A stretch of 64,000 nt of DNA, taken from positions 96,001 to 160,000 of IMG/VR virus record IMGVR_UViG_3300021963_000029; one strand, written 5' to 3'. This stretch comes from a virus. The position numbers were made by a program, and so were the translations under genes. Below the pieces are notes generated by a model. It made no database searches, was not told the origin of the DNA, and worked only from the letters and a program-made list of their open reading frames with translations. This document shows positions 21,365 to 30,800 of the stretch, one piece after another. The number at the start of each line of letters is the position of its first letter. Within the stretch, counting starts at the first letter, position 1.

Positions 21365-21448
21365 TAGGAGTGGGGAGACTTGAACTCCCACGACCTTAAG
21401 GTCAACAGATTTTAAGTCTGGTGTGTCTACCGATTCCACCACACTCCC
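21365..21448 (-). tRNA. trnL: tRNA-Leu(UAA), intronless, CCA not encoded
   Basis: Acceptor stem GGGAGTG/CACTCCT, D-loop GG, anticodon loop CT-TAA-AA, long variable arm GACC-TTAA-GGTC, T-arm GGGAG-TTCAAGT-CTCCC. Confidence 0.95.
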
Positions 21449-21520
21449 AAGTGAGGACTTACCCAGCCTCAGGTTTCCCTTCACAGGCACGGTGCCTCTG
21501 CACTTCCTTCACACCTCAAC
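21449..21520 (-). ncRNA. putative structured leader RNA containing a canonical kink-turn
   Basis: GCC-UGU-GA-AGG-GAAA-CCU-GA-GGC at 21488..21466, plus hairpin GUGC/GCAC and closing stem UGAGG/CCUCA. Confidence 0.55.
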
Positions 21521-21549
21521 AGTATAGAACAAACACTCTATCCTGTCAA
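21521..21549 (-). promoter_or_regulatory. sigma70-type early promoter driving leader RNA and tRNA-Leu
   Basis: TTGACA-17 nt-TATACT. Confidence 0.8.
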
Positions 21550-21716
21550 CCCTCATAAGCAAGTTCACCCTTTAGTTCAGCAACCTTAGCAGTTGCAAAA
21601 CACTCAACACAAGTCCAGAAAGTTTCTCCACTTACCATATTTTCCTCACAAAAATGGGAAGCAACATCTTCAAGGATGCCATTGAGTTCATTGAGTTGGG
21701 TGCGATCAATCTGCAT
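21546..21716 (-). CDS. small hypothetical cyanophage protein (56 aa)
   Basis: Hand translation MQIDRTQLNELNGILEDVASHFCEENMVSGETFWTCVECFATAKVAELKG... Confidence 0.7.
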   Translation of the reverse strand: MQIDRTQLNELNGILEDVASHFCEENMVSGETFWTCVECFATAKVAELKGELAYEG

Positions 21717-21753
21717 GATAGGTAGGGGTCTTGCTTACCTATCCATCATAGCA

Positions 21754-22452
21754 CTAGGAACAGCACTCTGCAAGTTTGGTGGACAGTTCAGCAACTGTCT
21801 GCTTTAGATCTTCTATTTGCTTTTGTTGTTCTTTGACTGCTTCTACTAAAGCTGCTGTTATATGGGGATAATTTAAAACTTTAGTTCCTTCTGAATTTAC
21901 CTTTACTAAATCAGAAAAAACTTCTTCAACTTCTTGGGCAATAAATCCAATTTCATGCCATCCATAATCAACTCTATCATATTCTACTCCTTTTAATTTT
22001 AAAACTTTTTCCAATGATTTTTCAAGTGGTTTAATATTTGTCTTTAGTTTAATGTCTGATGGACTCAATTGTACTGGAGTTCCATTTTGAGTCAATCCCC
22101 CAATAATATCCAACTGTCCAAAGAACTTTCCTTGAGGAGATGCTGCATTCCAAGTGGGAGTTCCTTCAAACTTTTTGATGATAGCATCTGCTTTGACACC
22201 AAGGTCTCCCTTCAATCCAAAAGATGTACTAGCACCAAACTTTAAGTGAGATCCAAAAGCATTGGAAAGACCAAATGCATTATGAGCACCAATTTGATTA
22301 GTCAATCCATTTAAATTGTTGACTCCAAAAGATTGTAGAGCAAATGGTTTTGTTGGGTCTAAAGATTGCCATGCTTCAATGGTTGCTGTAGCAGGAGCAG
22401 CAGCAAGACCTGCTTGTATACCTTCTGTTTCTATTGAATTAATGTATGCCAT
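21754..22452 (-). CDS. protein with C-terminal peptidase S74 intramolecular chaperone domain (baseplate-spike associated)
   Basis: SDIKLKTNI...GFIAQEVEEV...LNY....LVEAVKEQ is the S74 signature. Confidence 0.8.
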   Translation of the reverse strand: MAYINSIETEGIQAGLAAAPATATIEAWQSLDPTKPFALQSFGVNNLNGLTNQIGAHNAFGLSNAFGSHLKFGASTSFGLKGDLGVKADAIIKKFEGTPTWNAASPQGKFFGQLDIIGGLTQNGTPVQLSPSDIKLKTNIKPLEKSLEKVLKLKGVEYDRVDYGWHEIGFIAQEVEEVFSDLVKVNSEGTKVLNYPHITAALVEAVKEQQKQIEDLKQTVAELSTKLAECCS

Positions 22453-23159
22453 TATAGACCTCCAAATACTACTGTTTCTATTAACTTATCTACAAACTCA
22501 CCTAAACTAGTTGGGATTAGTGCAGACTTGGGTTCAATAATTGTAACTCCACCAGTTCCTTTCATATAGATTGGTCCTTTTGATGCTAAGATTAATTTAT
22601 TTCTAGCACCAATAGCAACATTAGCTGCATTAATTCTTACACTATCCCCAGCTTCAATAATTATATTCTGAGCAGATCTGAATACAAATGCTTCATCTGC
22701 AGCAGTAGATTCAAATCTAATTTCTCTTGCTGCTAAAGTTAAGATGCCATTACCAGCATCTATTCTTAAATTTTTCCCAGTACTCTTGATGTTTAATCCA
22801 TCTTTTGCATTACTATCAATGTTATCAGCAATGTCACATGGGTTGCTATGTAATTCAAACCCACCATCCTTGAATAGTTTTAGATGAGCACCAGATGTTG
22901 AGTGAAGTTCACACTGTCTTAGTCTTCCTTTTTCTGTTGACTCACCAATGAAAAGAGTTCCATTTTGAGGATCACATAAAACATATCCTGATTTTTCTTC
23001 CTCTTCTGGTTTCTTAGGAGTTTCTGACTTGGGTTGCTTTGAAGTATCAGTAGTTCCTACTGCCTTATCTAAAGCAGTGGGTTTTGTATCATACCTGGGA
23101 TCATAATTAGCTCTTGCATTTATATCCCTATCTCTAGGACTAATCTGTCTGGTTGCCAT
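22452..23159 (-). CDS. gp5 C-terminal-like beta-helix spike protein
   Basis: Directly follows gp5; repeated short beta strands (LHSTSGAHLKLFKDGGFELHS, NIIIEAGDSVRINA). Confidence 0.55.
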   Translation of the reverse strand: MATRQISPRDRDINARANYDPRYDTKPTALDKAVGTTDTSKQPKSETPKKPEEEEKSGYVLCDPQNGTLFIGESTEKGRLRQCELHSTSGAHLKLFKDGGFELHSNPCDIADNIDSNAKDGLNIKSTGKNLRIDAGNGILTLAAREIRFESTAADEAFVFRSAQNIIIEAGDSVRINAANVAIGARNKLILASKGPIYMKGTGGVTIIEPKSALIPTSLGEFVDKLIETVVFGGL

Positions 23160-25165
23160 TATCTATCAGCACAAAGAATTACTTTTTGAATTGGTCTTCT
23201 GTCTTCTGGAAGTTGACCAATCTCTACAAATTTAAGAACTGGTAACAGTATAGCACCTGATCCTGAATCTGTATTTATTACCAGTTTAGGAACAGTTCTG
23301 ATGATACCTCCATTGACTATTTTAGTATCAATTATTCTACCATCAGGATCAACAACAGGGTAAATTTCTACACCAGTATCACAATAGAGATTGTAAATTA
23401 GATCTTCCTCTCTATATCCAACTCCAGTGTTGATAATGATTACATCAGAAATATATGCAGTGTATTCTGTTCCATCATCTCCAACTGGATTTGTAGTGCA
23501 AGCATCACCTTCAGGAGAAACATATCCCATACCATTGCTATCCATGTAGACACTATCAATCTTCCCATCTTTAAGAATGACATTACCTCTAGCACCACCT
23601 CCAGTATTACATGCATCTTCAAAGGTAACATAAGGAGCAGTAGTATAATTTGCACCAGGATCCTTGATGTTTACTCCCATGATTTGACCAAGAACATCCA
23701 CAACAACTGCACCTGATCCACCACCTCCACCAAAACCACCAAAGAAAGTTACCTTTGGCAATCCACAGTTAAGAGTTGTGCCATCACAAGTTGCATAAGC
23801 AGCAAACTGTTCTTTAGTTAATCCTAGTTCAGCAAGAACATTATCACTTGGGGCACCTCCACTGTTTTGACCCAACCAACTTGCAAATTGTTTCTTGCCA
23901 TCAGAGAATAGATTTCTTACTCCTTGAGCTGGTGAATAACTTAGTACCTTTTGGAAATTAACTGATCCTTTTGGAACATATCCCTTATTCATTTCATAAT
24001 CAAATTCTTCCTTACACTTTGCATCTTCACATGAGAAGAAAGAAAGAATTGTTTTTGCATAATTAATTGCCTTAGAAATGATCCCACTAACTTGTCCAAT
24101 TCCCTGCCCTAAGACTGAAGTTAGTTCTTGAATTGCAGGACCAATTGCTTTGCTGATTTCATTTCCAATGGTCTGCATCATGCTTCCAATGAATGACTCA
24201 ACTGCACAAAGAGGAATTGCTACAACCTTTCCTACCATTTGTGCAAGGAAATCAAAGACAAAAGAAGAAATTTTCTTAAGGATATTTTGGAAAGTACACC
24301 AAATACCATCTACAATTTTATCAGTTGCTAATTTCTTTGCAAGAATAGCATCCTTTGGTAATAGTTTTTCTATTATATTTTTTAGACCTTGATAGATCTG
24401 TTCTATAATAAAGTCTCTGGTCAGTTTAGTAAAATCTGCAAGTCCATCAGCAATAGCAGTGGTAGTTTCCTGAATTAATTCAGGAATATTTTGTATGAAA
24501 TTTAGTGTTGGATTTACATAGATGTTAATATAGTTTTGAGCAGTATTCAAATAGTAGATAAACTTTCTAAGTGCTTGTGCAATCTTAGAAACTTTATCAG
24601 TTCCAGTTTTACATGCAGAAACAGTTTGTACTACTGGTGCTGTTCCTGGTGCTGCTGCTGCTTGTTTTTGAGACTCCTTATTATCTGCAGTTCTTCCAGT
24701 TGATAGTGGAATACCAGAGTCTTTTGGTTTAGTGCCATCAGCAGGTTTACTGGATGGATTAACTATCTGCTCTCCAGGTTTAAATGGTTTAAACCCATTT
24801 GTACCTAGGTCAAAAGTGTTTGGATGTTCAATGGATGCACCAGAGAATAATGCACCAATGATGACAGGTTGTTGCCCATCATCACCATCCATAAAGAATC
24901 CAACCACTGCTTCAGATCCTCTTGGGTTGAAGCTAGCACCAGATCCTCCTTCACCTGAACCAAAGTTCAAAGGAACTAGAACATGTGCCCAAGGTAGATC
25001 CTCATCCTTAACTACACTTGAAGAATCAGGATGATGACCTATGATTCTAACCTTTGCCCTATATCCATTCTCAGTATTCTTGTACTTGGTAACTATACCA
25101 ACAAACCATCTAAAGGAATCTCTTCCAATGAAATTAGGATTAATTAGGGATTGTTCTATTAGCAT
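23159..25165 (-). CDS. g5: baseplate hub/spike protein gp5 (OB-fold N-terminus, no lysozyme domain evident)
   Basis: FIGRDSFRWFVGIV...RAKVRIIGHH...LPWAHV...VVGFFMDG..QQPVIIG. Confidence 0.85.
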   Translation of the reverse strand: MLIEQSLINPNFIGRDSFRWFVGIVTKYKNTENGYRAKVRIIGHHPDSSSVVKDEDLPWAHVLVPLNFGSGEGGSGASFNPRGSEAVVGFFMDGDDGQQPVIIGALFSGASIEHPNTFDLGTNGFKPFKPGEQIVNPSSKPADGTKPKDSGIPLSTGRTADNKESQKQAAAAPGTAPVVQTVSACKTGTDKVSKIAQALRKFIYYLNTAQNYINIYVNPTLNFIQNIPELIQETTTAIADGLADFTKLTRDFIIEQIYQGLKNIIEKLLPKDAILAKKLATDKIVDGIWCTFQNILKKISSFVFDFLAQMVGKVVAIPLCAVESFIGSMMQTIGNEISKAIGPAIQELTSVLGQGIGQVSGIISKAINYAKTILSFFSCEDAKCKEEFDYEMNKGYVPKGSVNFQKVLSYSPAQGVRNLFSDGKKQFASWLGQNSGGAPSDNVLAELGLTKEQFAAYATCDGTTLNCGLPKVTFFGGFGGGGGSGAVVVDVLGQIMGVNIKDPGANYTTAPYVTFEDACNTGGGARGNVILKDGKIDSVYMDSNGMGYVSPEGDACTTNPVGDDGTEYTAYISDVIIINTGVGYREEDLIYNLYCDTGVEIYPVVDPDGRIIDTKIVNGGIIRTVPKLVINTDSGSGAILLPVLKFVEIGQLPEDRRPIQKVILCADR

Positions 25166-25383
25166 CAGTCGTCGTACATCCTACACTCTAGTGCATTTGG
25201 ATTTTCATCGCAGAATAATTCAAGAGGAGATGGATCATGCTCATCATCTGGATGATTTGATGCATAAGATTCTAAAGATTCCAATTCATTTTCAATGTGT
25301 CTTCTTCTTTGGGAAGAAATCATTGGGTCAGAAAGTTCTGACTTATCTTTTTCTATGTGATCTTTGATGTTTTTAAATGTCAT
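25165..25383 (-). CDS. cp12: CP12 Calvin-cycle inhibitor (C-terminal Cys pair only)
   Basis: C-terminus DPSPLELFCDENPNALECRMYDD. Confidence 0.9.
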   Translation of the reverse strand: MTFKNIKDHIEKDKSELSDPMISSQRRRHIENELESLESYASNHPDDEHDPSPLELFCDENPNALECRMYDD

Positions 25384-26654
25384 TTTGCTACTCCATAAGA
25401 GTCTCTTACTAGTTCTAATCCAGTGAGACCTTTATCAGTGAAAGAATGCTTTAGTTTACTTATAATATATTTACCAGATTTGCTTTCGTCTTTTAAACCT
25501 TGTTCATCAGTATTCTTTGTAATTTTTCCAAAGTCAAGATTGATAACATCTCCCACTGTTAACCCCAAGTTTAGGGGTATAGTTATATTTAACGACTGAC
25601 TAAACAATAAATTGTATCTTGACACACCTTGTGCCTGATATTCCATTCTTTTATCTGGTGCTTCTAACTTACCAGTTTTATCCATCTGTCCATTGTCAAG
25701 CATTCTAACCATTAATCTTGAAGGACTATCTTGTAATCCTTTTGGTATTTCTGGAGAATTATCTTTATCAGAAGAATGATTCATGATCTCATAACTGTCT
25801 GATAACTTATAAACATTAGAATAAAATTTTCTAGTGTTAGTATCAAAGAAATAGTTTACACTAGAGTACATCCCTATTCTTAAATTGTCTAAAATGTTTA
25901 CATTCTTATTAAAAACAGGTGGAGAAGTAATCTTGAAATTTAATTTAGGATCAGCAGGTGCTGCTGTTATTTCTTTGTAAAAATATGTTTCCTTTGCTGG
26001 TCTATTAGAATCAAACAAAGAATCTACACTCTTAAAGTTGTATCCATCTTTGTTCTCAAAAAATAAAAATCCTGCAGTACCTTGTGTATTTCCTGACTTT
26101 CCTCTTTCTACTTGTGGTATTCCTTTAGGACATAACCATCCCAACACAGTGAATGGTTTCCTTGCATTGGACATGAAAGAATATTTGTTTATGGTCTTTT
26201 CTATATTGCTGCTATTATATCTTGTTGTCTTTAACTCATCTTTTAAAATTTTAGATACTGTATTATCTAATGTATTATCATATCTCTTAAACAATCTAGA
26301 TGTTTCATTGACAAACACTTCACTTGGAACTAAATCTAAGGTGAATAATTCTTTTGTAGATTCTGTCGTAGAGTTTCCAATATTATAAACATAATAGATG
26401 TTATCTGATTCATCAAAAGTCAATCTTAATTTAGTTGCATCTTGCTCAATAACTAATCTTACTATCTCTCCCCCTCTCAGTTTTAATTTGGAAAGGATGC
26501 CACCAGTGTTAATTACTGCCAAAGAAAAATATGTAACTGGAGATGTAATACTCTCAGTATATTCCATAGAAGAAATTGATTGAGATATATCAATAAATCC
26601 TTCCCCAGTTCCTATGGAACATTCTATAATTTTGTAATTAAAATATGATGCCAT
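25380..26654 (-). CDS. baseplate hub protein (gp27/Mu gp44-like)
   Basis: 424 aa upstream of gp5: ESITSP, FLFFENKDGYNFKSVDSL, LGLTVGDVI, YIISKLKHSF. Confidence 0.65.
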   Translation of the reverse strand: MASYFNYKIIECSIGTGEGFIDISQSISSMEYTESITSPVTYFSLAVINTGGILSKLKLRGGEIVRLVIEQDATKLRLTFDESDNIYYVYNIGNSTTESTKELFTLDLVPSEVFVNETSRLFKRYDNTLDNTVSKILKDELKTTRYNSSNIEKTINKYSFMSNARKPFTVLGWLCPKGIPQVERGKSGNTQGTAGFLFFENKDGYNFKSVDSLFDSNRPAKETYFYKEITAAPADPKLNFKITSPPVFNKNVNILDNLRIGMYSSVNYFFDTNTRKFYSNVYKLSDSYEIMNHSSDKDNSPEIPKGLQDSPSRLMVRMLDNGQMDKTGKLEAPDKRMEYQAQGVSRYNLLFSQSLNITIPLNLGLTVGDVINLDFGKITKNTDEQGLKDESKSGKYIISKLKHSFTDKGLTGLELVRDSYGVAK

Positions 26655-28606
26655 TAACCTAAAGAGTTATAGTAGAGTTTTTTCAATAACATTTTATCTG
26701 CATCACTTTGAATATTTAGAGATGGTGACCCACCTGAAGAAACATATTGAATCTGTGGTGGCATGACAGGAATTGGAACTTGAACAGTTTGTGGTGGTAA
26801 TTCTGACATAGCCATTGTATAACTTTTTGATTTTACCAAGATTGATTGTAAAAGAGGAACATCAACATTCTTTAGGGGATCTCCTCCACTTGCAGTAAAA
26901 TTATTATCTAAGGGGATAACAGCTTCTGTGCCATGCAAAAATTCAAAGTAACCAGACTTTGGACCTACTGATATGCCACCTTCATTCTTTCCTTCTTTCG
27001 CTCTTTCAATAGAAAGAGGAGATGAAATTCTATTTTTAACACCTCTAACTACTGGAAGAGGATCAGTTGGAGTTTTTCCATCAGGATAAACCTCAAAGTG
27101 TAGGTGTGTATTGCCACCATCTGGATACAAAGTAGCTATTTGTTGTCCACCATAAACTACTTGCCCAACTGAAACACTAGGAACAACATGAACATATCTT
27201 GTTACTAGTCCACCACCATGATCTATTTCAACAACTCCTCTATATCCATTATTAGCTGCCTTAATTACTTTTCCTGTTTTATATGCAGCAACTGCAGCTT
27301 CTAGTGGTCCACTCCAATGAGTCATATCTAATCCAGCATGAGATCTACTTCCTCCATCTCTTGATGCTCCAAAACCTTGACTTGCACTGACCCTTCCTTG
27401 AGTTCCAACATCGCCTCCAGGTAAAGGCATAAAAGTATCACCAGAAATTGGACCATCATATGCTCCTCCTGGGGGAATATTAGGTGCTGCCATTGGAGCA
27501 CCTTCATTATATGGGTCAGAAGTGCTAACTGCTCCAGTAAAATTTAAAGCAAATCTTTCAAATTTAACCAATGCTTTTTCATAACTTACAAGAGTTTTTC
27601 CAAAAGTTAAATTACCACTTCCTTCTACTAATGCCTTCTGTTTTTCTGTTTGTGTTTTTAGTTTATCTTTGTTTTTATTTTTATTTTTTTCTTCTTCTGC
27701 AGCACTAACCCCAAGTAAATCTCTAGTAAGGTTAGTTAAATCTAATGCAAATGATGCAATGGATGCCAGTCCTGCAAGTGGAAGACCTATGCCTGTTGCT
27801 GCAGATCCAGCAGCAAAAGCATCTAAAGCAGCACCAGTCCCTGCTATTGCAGCACCAGTCTGATCTCCTGCCTGTGCTCTAAATGCAGCATCAGCAGCAC
27901 CAACAACTGCACCAACACCAGGAATAATTGAAGCACCAAATTTTCCAAATGCTTTTGCTGTTCTTCCTCCTTGAGTTGCAGTTTGAACTGCATTTCCTCC
28001 TTGTCTTGATCTTTTAAGAGCATCATTACCAAATCTTTTTTTAAAAGAATCATCACCATATCTAGATCTATATCTTTCCTGTGCGCCAGTAGATACTCTT
28101 CTTCCAGTAGCATCAAATCCTCTTCTAACTTTTGGTCCTTTATTGAAAAAAGCATCTCCTGCCATTCCTAACAACCCAGGACCTAATAATGCTGCAGCAG
28201 CAACCATTCCTGGTGACAATGCACCAAGGAAGTCTCCCTGCATTAATTTGTCTACTGAATTAAATGCTGCCAGTGCACCAAGTGATTTTAAAAAATCATC
28301 TGATGCTCCTGCAGTAAAAAAAGTCCCTTTAAACTTAGGTAAAGTTATTCCTTTTGGTTTTTGTTTTTGCTTTTTCCTATACTTATTGTCATTTTCTTTT
28401 TGGATAGAATCTAATCTTTTTTTGTATCTGTTTAAAACAGACAGTTGAGTTTTTCTTTGATATATTCCATTCTCAAAAGTTTTTCTTAGAGCAATAGAAG
28501 TCTTTTTAGTTTTGGTAGAAACTTTAACTAAAGGACTAATTGTAGTTACTTTAGCAACTACTGTTGGGGTTTCTTTTGGTTTTGCTAGTAAAGTTTGTGC
28601 GTCCAT
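26654..28606 (-). CDS. tape-measure/hub-like protein with M23 peptidase domain
   Basis: HAGLD...VEIDHGGGLVTRYVH...HLHFEV (M23 zinc motifs) after an A/G-rich helical region. Confidence 0.8.
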   Translation of the reverse strand: MDAQTLLAKPKETPTVVAKVTTISPLVKVSTKTKKTSIALRKTFENGIYQRKTQLSVLNRYKKRLDSIQKENDNKYRKKQKQKPKGITLPKFKGTFFTAGASDDFLKSLGALAAFNSVDKLMQGDFLGALSPGMVAAAALLGPGLLGMAGDAFFNKGPKVRRGFDATGRRVSTGAQERYRSRYGDDSFKKRFGNDALKRSRQGGNAVQTATQGGRTAKAFGKFGASIIPGVGAVVGAADAAFRAQAGDQTGAAIAGTGAALDAFAAGSAATGIGLPLAGLASIASFALDLTNLTRDLLGVSAAEEEKNKNKNKDKLKTQTEKQKALVEGSGNLTFGKTLVSYEKALVKFERFALNFTGAVSTSDPYNEGAPMAAPNIPPGGAYDGPISGDTFMPLPGGDVGTQGRVSASQGFGASRDGGSRSHAGLDMTHWSGPLEAAVAAYKTGKVIKAANNGYRGVVEIDHGGGLVTRYVHVVPSVSVGQVVYGGQQIATLYPDGGNTHLHFEVYPDGKTPTDPLPVVRGVKNRISSPLSIERAKEGKNEGGISVGPKSGYFEFLHGTEAVIPLDNNFTASGGDPLKNVDVPLLQSILVKSKSYTMAMSELPPQTVQVPIPVMPPQIQYVSSGGSPSLNIQSDADKMLLKKLYYNSLG

Positions 28607-28609
28607 TTA

Positions 28610-30625
28610 TTATCCAATAGCTCCAAGTATTCCCATCTGAGTTTCATAACTATACATATCAGATCTGTTGCTTGCACTAACACTTGCCAAAGCAGAACTC
28701 CCTGCTGGGTTAGCAGAACCAAGACCATCTGCTCCTGCCATTTGAGGAACTGGGATCACAGCAACTCTAGGTCCTGACCCTGCACTAGAAGATAATTGTC
28801 TTCCTTGTGGTCTTGCTGGTTGTGCTGGAGGGGCAGGTTGAGCAGGAGGAGGTGGAGCAGATCTTGCACCTAAACTTCTTCTACCTTCTTGTAAATCTCC
28901 TTGAGTGACTTTAGAATTAGTAGTCCAAGCAGACCATCCTGAACCTCTCAATACTTTTAAAGCTGCCTGAGCATTAGTCACTGGATCCTTTAGTTGCTCA
29001 TAATTTGTAATTCCAAATTCTTGCATTCTTGCTGGTCCAAGTCTTCCTATCATATTAATTTGCCACAGACCATATGAATTGTCAGATCCTCCTCTGAGAT
29101 AACTATCATTGTGAGCACCAGCTCTACCACCAGATTCATACTTTGCAATAGCAGCTAATCTTACTGCTTCCTCATCAGTAGCTCCAACTTTTTTAGCAAG
29201 ATCTACAAGTTGTGCATTATTAAATTGAGGACCAGTGACAGTACCTCTCATTGATGGATCCATGTTAACTTCACCTGTTCCAATAGGAGGATTAGGTGTT
29301 TGTTGTGCACCTGCTCCTCCTCCACCGCCTCCACCACCCCCACGATCTTTCTTAGTTAGAAGTAGTTCTACTGCCTTTTCAAATTTTTCATTTAAAGTTT
29401 GAAACTTTTTAAGATCAGTTTGTGTTATAGTTCCTATTGCATCTGAAGTTAATGCTTTTTGCTCTGCAGTAACCTCTTCAAGTCTTGTTTGTGAGGCATC
29501 AACTTCTCCTTCTTCTCCTTGTGATGCTGCAAAAGCACCACCCAAAGCAAGAGCACCAGTGCCAAGTGCTGCCATCTTACCAAACTTACCTATACCAATA
29601 CCAGGACCTCTTGACATTCCTCCAGGGACTCTTGGTGTTCTAGCACCAAACATATTTTTACCAAATCCTTTGAGCAGACTTTTTAATACTGCTCCAGCAA
29701 CCATTGCTCCTATCTGAGGTAGGAAAGTAATTCCTATACCCATAAAGGATTTAAAAACTTGTCCCCAGTCTCCTCTAACTAAAGCATCTAATAAATTAAA
29801 TGCTGCTAATGATCTAATGGCACCACCAACTCCAGAAAAGAAATTACCAACAAATGGTTTTATAATATCTTTTAATTCTTTTTTATTATCTCCAAGATCT
29901 TTTCTTGGAAGTTTTCTTCCTCTATTTGCTACTCTCTTTCTATAGTCTTCTATTTCTTTTTTATTAGTTTCTTTAGTTTGCTTATAGTCTTCTTCTATTA
30001 TTTCTTTAATTCTATCTAAGTTGTCTCCAATTTGAACAAGATCTAAAGTTAATCTTCCTAATGAAGATGAAATTGCTTTTGGAGCTACTGGTCCTTGAGA
30101 TTCTTCTGAAGTAGCTGCCTGAGAAACCCCTGCAGGAACAGCTCTTTTGGGAACTATCCCTGTCATTCTGGTAGTTTTTAATGCTACTTTTCTTCCAGGT
30201 CTAAAGGTAGATTCAGGTCTAGAAATAAATGATTGTGCTTTCTGTTTTTTTTGTTCTTGTATTTCTTTTAATCTAGATTCTATTGCAGCATCTTCAATCT
30301 TTTGATTGGTTTGTTGCTGGAATGGTTTCTCAAGAAACTCTTCTACCAACCATTTCTGATATGCTTCATTGTTATATGCTCCACCATACTTATCATTTTG
30401 ATTTAGTTGTGGATACTTACCATACTTCTTGATATTTGCAATCAATCTATCTGCATCAGCATTACTAAGTTTTGTATAAGATGTAAAGTTCTCTCTTAAC
30501 CCTTCAACTTGTCTACCAGTTAATCTACCTTTTAATCTTGCCCAAGTTATTTCACCAACCTTATTAGCAGGCCAATAAGGTTGCTGTGGATCTAATATTC
30601 CTTCTGGTGGTGATGTAATATTCAT
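28610..30625 (-). CDS. tape-measure-like protein with lytic transglycosylase (lysozyme-like) domain
   Basis: IAKYESGG...SYGLWQIN...DPVTNAQAA..GWSAW near the C-terminus; coiled/helical N-terminal part. Confidence 0.8.
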   Translation of the reverse strand: MNITSPPEGILDPQQPYWPANKVGEITWARLKGRLTGRQVEGLRENFTSYTKLSNADADRLIANIKKYGKYPQLNQNDKYGGAYNNEAYQKWLVEEFLEKPFQQQTNQKIEDAAIESRLKEIQEQKKQKAQSFISRPESTFRPGRKVALKTTRMTGIVPKRAVPAGVSQAATSEESQGPVAPKAISSSLGRLTLDLVQIGDNLDRIKEIIEEDYKQTKETNKKEIEDYRKRVANRGRKLPRKDLGDNKKELKDIIKPFVGNFFSGVGGAIRSLAAFNLLDALVRGDWGQVFKSFMGIGITFLPQIGAMVAGAVLKSLLKGFGKNMFGARTPRVPGGMSRGPGIGIGKFGKMAALGTGALALGGAFAASQGEEGEVDASQTRLEEVTAEQKALTSDAIGTITQTDLKKFQTLNEKFEKAVELLLTKKDRGGGGGGGGGAGAQQTPNPPIGTGEVNMDPSMRGTVTGPQFNNAQLVDLAKKVGATDEEAVRLAAIAKYESGGRAGAHNDSYLRGGSDNSYGLWQINMIGRLGPARMQEFGITNYEQLKDPVTNAQAALKVLRGSGWSAWTTNSKVTQGDLQEGRRSLGARSAPPPPAQPAPPAQPARPQGRQLSSSAGSGPRVAVIPVPQMAGADGLGSANPAGSSALASVSASNRSDMYSYETQMGILGAIG

Positions 30626-30750
30626 CTATTTGCTTTAGCAGCTTTTTCTTCCTCTTCTCTTATATAATTTTCTAACAGGGAAAGATAAATCTCTCTTTCC
30701 CATGGAATCATATTTTCAATCTCTGTCAAAGAGTATTTATGATGCTGCAT
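30622..30750 (-). CDS. g51: baseplate hub assembly protein gp51 (first ATG gives 42 aa; open frame extends upstream into the end of gp26)
   Basis: Hand translation (LGHEDLEAYYRTNFAL)MQHHKYSLTEIENMIPWEREIYLSLL... Confidence 0.85.
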   Translation of the reverse strand: MQHHKYSLTEIENMIPWEREIYLSLLENYIREEEEKAAKANR

Positions 30751-30800
30751 CAAGGCAAAATTAGTTCTATAGTATGCCTCTAGATCTTCATGACCAAGGA

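Noticed and set aside
21365-21448. Group I intron in tRNA-Leu(UAA), as in many cyanobacteria
   Set aside because: The anticodon loop is continuous.
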